A DNA stretch of 52,579 nucleotides from a virus. Taxonomy: Duplodnaviria; Caudoviricetes. Made by a program: the position numbers and the translations under genes. Shown here piece after piece: positions 45,187 through 52,579 of this stretch. The stretch spans positions 1-52,579 of the IMG/VR virus record IMGVR_UViG_3300009786_000016. One strand, 5' to 3'. The notes beneath the pieces were generated by a model. That model had not been told where the DNA came from and did not search any database. It saw only the letters and a program-made list of their open reading frames with translations. Within the stretch, counting starts at the first letter, position 1; each line of letters starts with the position of its first letter.

Positions 45187-45662
45187 TGGGCTTTACTGAA
45201 TGCTGTGGAGTCGTTTTAGACCACGAAGGTGGATATGTAAATGACAAAGATGACCCCGGTGGTGAAACTAAGTTTGGTATAACCAAACGTCAATATCCTG
45301 AACTAAATATTAAGGAGTTGACTATTGGTGAAGCAATGGACATCTATAAGAGAGATTACTGGAATAAAGGTAAGGTCTCTAGTGTCCCTAGTGGGTTACA
45401 ACTTATTTATTTCGATATGGTTGTAAATGTAGGCAAAAGTAGAGCTGTGAAAATTCTACAATCTGCCTTGAATGGTAAAGGTATTCCTACAACTGTTGAT
45501 GGAGGAATAGGACCGAATACAATAAGGAATCTAAAGAAGTCTAATCTTGAACCAGAGAGACTACGTAGTTACCGAATTAAATATTATGCTGATTTGGTTT
45601 CTCGTAAGCCTACTCTAGAGAAATATTGGTACGGATGGTACAGAAGAGCAAAAAAAACATAG
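45186..45662 (+). CDS. Endolysin, glycoside hydrolase family 108 with peptidoglycan-binding domain
   Basis: HEGGYVNDKDDPGGETKFGIT and VDGGIGPNT. Confidence 0.92.
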   Translation: MGFTECCGVVLDHEGGYVNDKDDPGGETKFGITKRQYPELNIKELTIGEAMDIYKRDYWNKGKVSSVPSGLQLIYFDMVVNVGKSRAVKILQSALNGKGIPTTVDGGIGPNTIRNLKKSNLEPERLRSYRIKYYADLVSRKPTLEKYWYGWYRRAKKT

Positions 45663-45967
45663 TGTACGATACAGTTGATTTCAACTTAGCGAGTGGAAAG
45701 GATATCTTCAATAAGCTTGCTTTCAAAGGGACAAAGAGATGGAGGAAGGAGGCTCCAGAATTGTGCCCATACTGCTGTGGAGATGAGATTCAAGGAGTAG
45801 AGATACTTGGAGCTAAAGACGGACCCTTATTTTGGGAATGCAGTATGTGTGCTGAGAGAATGTTAAGATACACTCAGACAACAACAATCAAGTACTTAGA
45901 AAAAACCGTCGACTTATACGTCGACCTTGAAGGGCTGGCAAATATATGGGAACAATTACCGAATTAG
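45626..45967 (+). CDS. Zn-ribbon protein
   Basis: CPYC...WECSMC; start may be the GTG near 45663. Confidence 0.6.
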   Translation: MVRMVQKSKKNIVYDTVDFNLASGKDIFNKLAFKGTKRWRKEAPELCPYCCGDEIQGVEILGAKDGPLFWECSMCAERMLRYTQTTTIKYLEKTVDLYVDLEGLANIWEQLPN

Positions 45968-46740
45968 ATAAAGGCGTAGTTAGGCGTGGAATCATTACAC
46001 CAGATAAGCATTTTCCGTTACACGACGCACCTGCAATAAATGTTGTACTAAAAGCTATTAAGATTATTAAACCCGATTTCTATGTCGACCTCGGGGACAC
46101 CGGTGAATTTAGTTCAGTTTCACATCACCAGTGGAAGAATAAGACTAAACCACCTCTGGAGTATGTACTCCCAAGGGTTTATGAAGATATTAAGGCTGTT
46201 AATGAGGGGATGGACTTAATTGATGATGCACTTAATGCCGTAAAAGTAAAGGATAGATATTTCTGTGAAGGAAACCACGACCAATGGCTTAACTACTTTG
46301 CTAATGATAATCCATATCTCCAAGGACTTAATGTGGAAGATGCTCTTCTTCTTAAGCAGAGGGGTTATGAGTATTATCCTAATGGGAAATATCTTAAGAT
46401 AGGCGACTTATGGTTTTATCACGGAAATCATTACGGAGGTATGTATCACGCAAGGAACCACTTATTAAAGCTTGGTGTGAACATAATGTACGGGCATTGG
46501 CACGATTTACAGCAATCAAGTGTTACCCATATGGATGGACCGAAGTCAGCTTGGTCTTTGGGATGCTTAAAAGATATGAGTGATGAGAAAAATGAATGGC
46601 TTAAAAATAGGAAGACTAATTGGGCACACGCTTTTGCAGTCGTTGATTACTATACAGATGACAGGTTCACAGTACACATTGTTAATATTATTGATGGTGT
46701 TACTAGCTTATGGGGCGAGGTTTTAAACGGGAATAAATAA
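45946..46740 (+). CDS. Calcineurin-like metallophosphoesterase
   Basis: DKH, LGD, GNHD, HG and GHWH motifs. Confidence 0.88.
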   Translation: MGTITELDKGVVRRGIITPDKHFPLHDAPAINVVLKAIKIIKPDFYVDLGDTGEFSSVSHHQWKNKTKPPLEYVLPRVYEDIKAVNEGMDLIDDALNAVKVKDRYFCEGNHDQWLNYFANDNPYLQGLNVEDALLLKQRGYEYYPNGKYLKIGDLWFYHGNHYGGMYHARNHLLKLGVNIMYGHWHDLQQSSVTHMDGPKSAWSLGCLKDMSDEKNEWLKNRKTNWAHAFAVVDYYTDDRFTVHIVNIIDGVTSLWGEVLNGNK

Positions 46741-47021
46741 TGCCTAAACAGAATTTTGAAATAAAAACCTTTACTAAGGGTATCGTAAGTAATCCTAGTG
46801 ATGCTTTAGATATCCCAGATGATGCGGCTACTTACAGTCTAAATGTAGACCCACTAACAGAGGGTTCTATAGGAGGGATACCAGACGATGCCGCTTTAAA
46901 AGTATCTGGATTTACTGTTAATGTAAGTAGTATCACTTATTCCCAAGGTGATTCAACTTTTACTGCGGTTGGAACCCCGGGTGTAGGTGAACAGTATGAC
47001 CCACCAGACGAGTCAGGATAA
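46740..47021 (+). CDS. Tail nozzle-like N-terminal fragment
   Basis: MPKQ.FEIKTFTKGI......DIPDDAA....NVDP resembles the start of podovirus tail tubular B/stabilisation proteins. Confidence 0.5.
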   Translation: MPKQNFEIKTFTKGIVSNPSDALDIPDDAATYSLNVDPLTEGSIGGIPDDAALKVSGFTVNVSSITYSQGDSTFTAVGTPGVGEQYDPPDESG

Positions 47022-47024
47022 ATA

Positions 47025-50000
47025 ATGGCGAATTGGAATAAAAGCTATTTTGAAATCTCTGGTACCTTTACTGGTGCGGGAGATTCTGATTATGAAATCT
47101 ATATTAACAATCTCGATACCCTAGTTTGGAGGTATAAAGTAAACGGAGTTTGGTCTAGCACATCTGTACATAATCTCACTGGGGCTGGATATTCCCCGCA
47201 AGCGTCAACTATAACTCACACTGCTTCTGGTGCTTCAAATCCTACACTAGTTACTGGGATGCCGTTTACTGGAGCCGCTATCCCCGTTGGTGCAAGAGTT
47301 GGAGTTGTTACTGATACAACACATTTTGAAATGACTGATGCGGATGGAATTGCTATTGTACCAACTGGTACAAAGTCTGGTCAAACATTAGAAGTCACAC
47401 CCGGACACTACACGACGGCAAATTGGGCTGTGGCTACTACTATACCACTTGGTGGTACAGGTGTCAAAGTTAAGTTTACTAGACCTACTAAATCTTATTA
47501 TAATACCGGAGATAAATGGAGCTGGACTCAGTATGCAGTATTGCAATTAAACCCATCAACAGATTCTGGTTATAATACTTTAGAGATAATTGAACGGAGC
47601 GATAAGAAAGACTTAATAGCTATAAGCGACACTACTGGTAAGGTTGCTCTTATAGAAGATTTTGAAAATACTCCTACCGTTACCCAAACAAATTTAGGAT
47701 TAGGTGCTCTTCCAGCTATTGATACCTGTCATAGAAATAAAGAGATATACGTTGCGGCTGGTAGAACGAAATCTCCAAGATTTATTGGATATACTAAGAA
47801 TCTTGGATTCGATGGACTTGGAGACACATTTGCACTTATAGAAGACAAAGCATACGAACAAATAGATTCAGAATCATTTGATGCTAAGGCAATGAATGAC
47901 TTTGTATTCCTTAGAGGTGACGCCTCTACACAGGGGGCTGGCAATATAGTAGTTGGGATTATATACGGTGAGTCAAAGCTATATATTTGGAACAAGGATG
48001 ATTCAAAAGTTTATATATTTACTTTAGGTCAACCAGCTATTCGTATTAGACCAGACGCTAGTGTTAGCACAGGAACAGGCACTTCGAATGTTATTAATGG
48101 TGTTGCTGTTATGACAGAATCACAACAAGAGGGTTATTGTAATACAATAGAGTGTTGGAGTATCCCATTTTCTGGGGCTGGAGTAGGTCAAGGTGCTAAC
48201 CTTGATAGGAGAGTAAATATAAAAGCACCAACCAACAATACAAATGTATCATTATTCACAGACTTTCTTATCGTGAGTACAAATTTTGACCGGGAAACGG
48301 TTGGTAATAAATATCATATAATTTTTGCTTCACAAATGTCTGGGATAGAGGAAATTAACAATACTTGTTTATTTAAATCTCTAAATTTTGATGAAATCGA
48401 TAGCATTACAACCTATGACAATATCTCTCCGGGTTTAGATTATACTAGTGAAAATGCCTATGGCGGTCATCGTTTTGTTAGCAGGAGGGTTAAGCAAAAT
48501 TTTGAATGGGAGGGTTATGAACAAGAAGAAGACGGCGTCCCCGAGGTTTCTGCTGAGAGGAAGAATACCACCAGACAATTTGTAACTGCTACGAACGGTT
48601 CATTGGCACATATTAGTGCAATACAGGATATTTCTTTAGACTTTTCTGGATACTCCAGTAATGGCGAAAACCCTATGTTTCATTTCACAGCTAAGATAGC
48701 CGCACATACGGACTACGAAGAAACAGGTGACTTATCGGAATGGTATGATGATGCAGACATAGTCGAGAACGATTATGACCTAAGTGTAAATTGGTGGCAA
48801 GGTCCGTTTTGGCAAGACAGTGCTGGTAAGATTCTTGCGGTATCTTGGACAACATTTCAAATAAGTGCACTTGCTACATCAGTAACAAAAGGTCCTAAAC
48901 TTTTTCATTTTATGGACTGGGTTAATGACTCTATGTTTCAAACACATTATGAGATGGATAGTGGCGGTGGTGCCGCCCAACATTTTACGTGGTTCCTTGA
49001 TGCTTTCAGTGAAAGATTGGTTGACAATATTGATTTTCCACCTAATAATAGACCAAATTTTTGTAAAGACGCAGGAAGTGGTATGAAACACAATTTTATT
49101 GGAGATATAGATACAAATGGTTTAAGGTATGGATTTATAACTCCTAGACCATATGCTGTAGGTGGAGTTTATTCAAGAATATATACATTTAATACACCAT
49201 ATTCTACAGGCGGTGACGAACTTTGGGATGCTGAGGGAGGTTGGATTTATCCCAATATTTCCGGCACTATGTATACAAGAGCTAATGCTATTAACGGAGA
49301 ATGGGCTAGCGTATCTCAGCCTCCTTTTGTAATATCTAGGTTAGAGTGTTCTGATTCAGAAGATTCGAAAAGATCGCAACTTGGTGATACTGATTATGGT
49401 ATGACAATAAGTAGTGGTTATCCTAGCTCTACACATCGTCAATTAGTAATGCAAGGACCGGACGAAGGTCAGACTAGTGGAAATACACCTCGTATCAGTG
49501 AAGTCCAAATGCACGCAACTAATAATACTACACTGACTAACTTATTAGGCAATAGTGGTGGGTGGGTTACCTTTGGTAATGTAACTCAACATACTGTAGA
49601 TGCTTGGGAAGGTGGAGCAACTAAGAAAAGTTTTTATAGAATGGCTATAGTATATGACGGCTACCAAGAGAGTACTCTTCTATCTGTAACTAAATCATTT
49701 AGTCAGACGGCTGATTTTGAATATGCTCTAAAATTTACAATCACCATTGATGGAGCTTGGATACCGCCGGATAGAGTTGCTAGTATTGTAATATATAGAG
49801 CTGATGACCCAATAGAACTATCAGTAAGTCCTGCTGGATTATATCGCTTTATCGAAGAGATTCCATTAGTTTCGTTTAGTCAAGATAGTTCTGCTAATTT
49901 TACATATACTGTATACGATACTGGAACATCTGCTGGTTCTTATGGTGCTATAAATGGTATAGCTGAGACTCTTAGTAACTTACATATGAAGTACTCTGTT

Positions 50001-50963
50001 TGTGCTTCTGTAAATGGATATATGTTTATAGGTAATTGCGAACACTCTAAGTTCGATTCTGCTGAGAACTTTATTTTTAGGTCTCAAGCCGGTAAGTTTA
50101 GTATTTTTGATTGGTCTAAAGATTTTACACCAGTAGATTTTATTCCTAAAGCAATAGCTGGATTTATGGGTAAACTATATGTATTTGGTTCTAATAAGAC
50201 TGCCATTATTAATCCTGAAACACTTATTGTCGAAGACGAGATAAACGGAGTAGGTTGCGTAGGACCGAAGGCTATACAAAATACACCTAGCGGGCTATAT
50301 TGGTTTGACCAAAATAATATTTATATGGCTTCTCCGCAGATAAGAAAAATAGGAACTCCTATTTTAAAACAAGAGACTAAGGGTTGGGCTGTATTATCAG
50401 ATAACGTAAAAGCTTCGGCTGTTTCTGGGTATGATTCGAATAGACATTGCTACTTAATATATTTTAAAGATGGTTCGGATAATCGAGTATGGAGTTATTA
50501 CATTGCCACTAGTAGATGGGATTTATGGGAAACAGATTTTAGAGTATACGATACTGTACAAGGTAGCGATGGACATTGTATTTTATTAATGGAGAATGGT
50601 AGGATATCTAAACATCTAGGTGGTTCTAATAAGAGGGATTGGGAATTCCAAAGTAAAAAGTTATCCTTTGGACAGGGTACTGTAAGGAAAAAATTTAAGT
50701 CTATCAAGGTAGATTCTACTTCTAAGAGTAAGACTGGACTAAGTTACAAGACTAATGATAATAACTCATCTTGGCAAACTGGGACAGATATAAGCTCAAG
50801 GTATTTTGGAACTTCTACTGGAGGTAATGCTCTAAAAGTAGCTAGTTCAGATTCAACACTTAGGTGGATTCAAGTAAAAATAACAGGTGATAATGACCAG
50901 AGCAATAGTAATGTGTTAGCAAAAAGTCTTGGATTAGTTTATAAACCAAAGAGTCCTAGATAA
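47025..50963 (+). CDS. Tail nozzle/stabilisation protein (tubular protein B-like)
   Basis: 1312 aa, beta-rich; C-terminal GVGCVGPKAI...GLYWFD and EFQSKKLSFG...KKF patterns. Confidence 0.7.
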   Translation: MANWNKSYFEISGTFTGAGDSDYEIYINNLDTLVWRYKVNGVWSSTSVHNLTGAGYSPQASTITHTASGASNPTLVTGMPFTGAAIPVGARVGVVTDTTHFEMTDADGIAIVPTGTKSGQTLEVTPGHYTTANWAVATTIPLGGTGVKVKFTRPTKSYYNTGDKWSWTQYAVLQLNPSTDSGYNTLEIIERSDKKDLIAISDTTGKVALIEDFENTPTVTQTNLGLGALPAIDTCHRNKEIYVAAGRTKSPRFIGYTKNLGFDGLGDTFALIEDKAYEQIDSESFDAKAMNDFVFLRGDASTQGAGNIVVGIIYGESKLYIWNKDDSKVYIFTLGQPAIRIRPDASVSTGTGTSNVINGVAVMTESQQEGYCNTIECWSIPFSGAGVGQGANLDRRVNIKAPTNNTNVSLFTDFLIVSTNFDRETVGNKYHIIFASQMSGIEEINNTCLFKSLNFDEIDSITTYDNISPGLDYTSENAYGGHRFVSRRVKQNFEWEGYEQEEDGVPEVSAERKNTTRQFVTATNGSLAHISAIQDISLDFSGYSSNGENPMFHFTAKIAAHTDYEETGDLSEWYDDADIVENDYDLSVNWWQGPFWQDSAGKILAVSWTTFQISALATSVTKGPKLFHFMDWVNDSMFQTHYEMDSGGGAAQHFTWFLDAFSERLVDNIDFPPNNRPNFCKDAGSGMKHNFIGDIDTNGLRYGFITPRPYAVGGVYSRIYTFNTPYSTGGDELWDAEGGWIYPNISGTMYTRANAINGEWASVSQPPFVISRLECSDSEDSKRSQLGDTDYGMTISSGYPSSTHRQLVMQGPDEGQTSGNTPRISEVQMHATNNTTLTNLLGNSGGWVTFGNVTQHTVDAWEGGATKKSFYRMAIVYDGYQESTLLSVTKSFSQTADFEYALKFTITIDGAWIPPDRVASIVIYRADDPIELSVSPAGLYRFIEEIPLVSFSQDSSANFTYTVYDTGTSAGSYGAINGIAETLSNLHMKYSVCASVNGYMFIGNCEHSKFDSAENFIFRSQAGKFSIFDWSKDFTPVDFIPKAIAGFMGKLYVFGSNKTAIINPETLIVEDEINGVGCVGPKAIQNTPSGLYWFDQNNIYMASPQIRKIGTPILKQETKGWAVLSDNVKASAVSGYDSNRHCYLIYFKDGSDNRVWSYYIATSRWDLWETDFRVYDTVQGSDGHCILLMENGRISKHLGGSNKRDWEFQSKKLSFGQGTVRKKFKSIKVDSTSKSKTGLSYKTNDNNSSWQTGTDISSRYFGTSTGGNALKVASSDSTLRWIQVKITGDNDQSNSNVLAKSLGLVYKPKSPR

Positions 50964-51262
50964 TGCCAGAAAAAGTACAGAATAGAAAAGTAACAAGAAG
51001 TGTAGGTTCGAGGATGAATCCGTATTCTGAGGATGGAACTAACCGAGAATCTGCTGATTTACAAAAGACTGTTGAAGCTATTGCTGATAAGGTGGATACT
51101 GCTGTAGGTGCTGTAGAAGAACGACAAAGTGCTGGAAGTCTAGGTTCTATGAGGTTTGTAAAAGATAAAAAAGATTGGTACTTAGAATTTAAAACAGAAG
51201 ATGGGTGGGTCCGTAGTGATAACTCATCATCAAGTGGGTTTATATTAAGAGACAAGAAATGA
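50963..51262 (+). CDS. Small structural/hypothetical protein
   Basis: TAATG coupling to the nozzle gene. Confidence 0.6.
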   Translation: MPEKVQNRKVTRSVGSRMNPYSEDGTNRESADLQKTVEAIADKVDTAVGAVEERQSAGSLGSMRFVKDKKDWYLEFKTEDGWVRSDNSSSSGFILRDKK

Positions 51263-51275
51263 TAAAGGTGACAAT

Positions 51276-52579
51276 ATGAGTTGGTTAAGTAAAAAAGTCG
51301 GCGGTTGGTGGGATAAAGCATCTGGTGCAAATCAGAAGTATGACCCAAATCAATTAGGGAATGAGTACGATACTTCTATGCAAGGGGTTAATGCAGGCTA
51401 TGATAAGATAAGCGAGTATGCAGAGGGTATGATGGACCCAAATTCTCAGCAGAATCAGAATCAGCGTTCTATGATGAATCAACAAGGTGCAGATGCGGCG
51501 GCTCAATCATCACGGATGGCTGGTAGAAATGCGGCTATGGCTGGAGGAGCTCCAGCAGGTGCTCTTGCGGCTCAAACAGCGTCTACTGCGAATCAATCCT
51601 TAGCTGGCTCTAATAACGCCTTTAATCAGTACTTACAGGGGGCACAGGGACAAGGTGCCAGTATGCTTTCTGGTGTCCTAGCAAACCAAGGGCAGATGCA
51701 GAATCAGAAATTTCAAATGGTAAATAACCAAAGACAGGCTAATGCTCAGGCAGATACTCAAGGGGCACAGTTTGGTGCTAATCTACTAGGTAGTGCTATT
51801 GGTATGATACCGGGACTTGGTCAAAGAGGTGGTGAAGTTGGTACTGATATTCAAGAAGGTGGAATGGCTTATGATAATATGGACCACCATATAGCTTATG
51901 ATGGCTACCAGAATGGTGGCTCAGTAGGGGCGGATGGCAAACAACATTACTTTCTTGGTGGCTTAGCGGCTTCTATTGGTATGGGGGCTTTAAAAAAAGG
52001 GTATGACTCTTTAGAAGGAGGCAACTTTGGCGATAAAGTTGACAATATTAAAGGGAGCCTTGGTAAACTTGGTGAGGGTATTCAAGAAGGCGTATCAGAA
52101 ATGAAACAGCAAGCAGGTGATACTGACTACCATAAGGATGAAAGTGCGGCTAGAGATGCGGGTGCAATGGAGTATAGTCAATCCGAAGAAGGACTGAAAC
52201 AAATTGGGGATTGGGAAAATTTAGGCACAAGCAACAAAGAGTTTAATGCGGCTAATAAAAATATGACAGAACTACTTGATGATGGGACTCAGAACCCCCA
52301 GTGGCAATCAAGAGAACAAGTTGGGAAAGCTAGAATCTCACAAGGTATGAATGAGTATCGTGACAATTACGATATAGAAGGTGGAAAGCACAGAGTAGGT
52401 GCTACAAGAGCTGGTTTAGAAGATTTTAGGAACAGTGACACTACTAAAATGGTTGGTAAAGGTATAGCAGGAACCTATGGACTAGCAAAAGAAGGAGTAG
52501 GCGTTGCTAAAGATGCGATAGTTGGCGGTACTGGTCTATTAGCAGGAGCTATAGGTACAGGTGCAGGTGCTGTAGGCAA
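51276..52579 (+). CDS. Putative ejection/DNA-pilot protein, 3'-truncated (not in ORF track)
   Basis: ATG at 51276 (MSWLSKKVGGWWDKASGANQ...), open to the window end; Q/N/A/G-rich, with QxGG motifs. Confidence 0.7.
   Translation, partial: MSWLSKKVGGWWDKASGANQKYDPNQLGNEYDTSMQGVNAGYDKISEYAEGMMDPNSQQNQNQRSMMNQQGADAAAQSSRMAGRNAAMAGGAPAGALAAQTASTANQSLAGSNNAFNQYLQGAQGQGASMLSGVLANQGQMQNQKFQMVNNQRQANAQADTQGAQFGANLLGSAIGMIPGLGQRGGEVGTDIQEGGMAYDNMDHHIAYDGYQNGGSVGADGKQHYFLGGLAASIGMGALKKGYDSLEGGNFGDKVDNIKGSLGKLGEGIQEGVSEMKQQAGDTDYHKDESAARDAGAMEYSQSEEGLKQIGDWENLGTSNKEFNAANKNMTELLDDGTQNPQWQSREQVGKARISQGMNEYRDNYDIEGGKHRVGATRAGLEDFRNSDTTKMVGKGIAGTYGLAKEGVGVAKDAIVGGTGLLAGAIGTGAGAVG

Noticed and set aside
1-52579. 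Stop-codon reassignment as in some crAss-like phages
   Set aside because: Long ORFs tile the genome in the standard code, and TAG, TGA and TAA all end genes directly before the next start.

Overview
The window is a large part, possibly nearly all, of a lytic tailed dsDNA phage genome with podovirus-type morphogenesis genes. It has two divergent arms separated by a GC-rich, hairpin-rich intergenic region at about 27.5-27.9 kb. The plus-strand late arm (27.9-52.6 kb, apparently continuing at 1-14.4 kb) encodes terminase, P22-like portal, scaffold, major capsid, adaptors, repeat-rich and collagen-like fibres, a GH108 endolysin, a metallophosphoesterase, a tail nozzle and putative ejection proteins. 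It also encodes a 2932-aa putative virion RNA polymerase of the double-psi beta-barrel (DxDGD) type seen in crAss-like phages. The minus-strand early arm (27.5 to 14.5 kb) encodes an AEP primase-SF4 helicase, a probable SSB, a Sak4-like ATPase, Gp157 and an HNH nuclease, but no recognisable DNA polymerase. Four things stand out. (1) A complete phage-encoded ubiquitin-like conjugation cluster: Ubl (ending ...TSG), a large E2-like protein, a JAB peptidase and a ThiF/E1, directly upstream of the replication genes. (2) A candidate -1 ribosomal frameshift (A AAA AAG) in the JAB gene. (3) An ORF-poor region of about 940 nt with tandem structured modules, including a ~510-nt RNA candidate with four GNRA tetraloops and a long-range pairing. 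(4) Strong genome-wide avoidance of GATC, CATG, GCWGC and CCWGG. All calls come from reading motifs by eye; no database searches or folding calculations were run.
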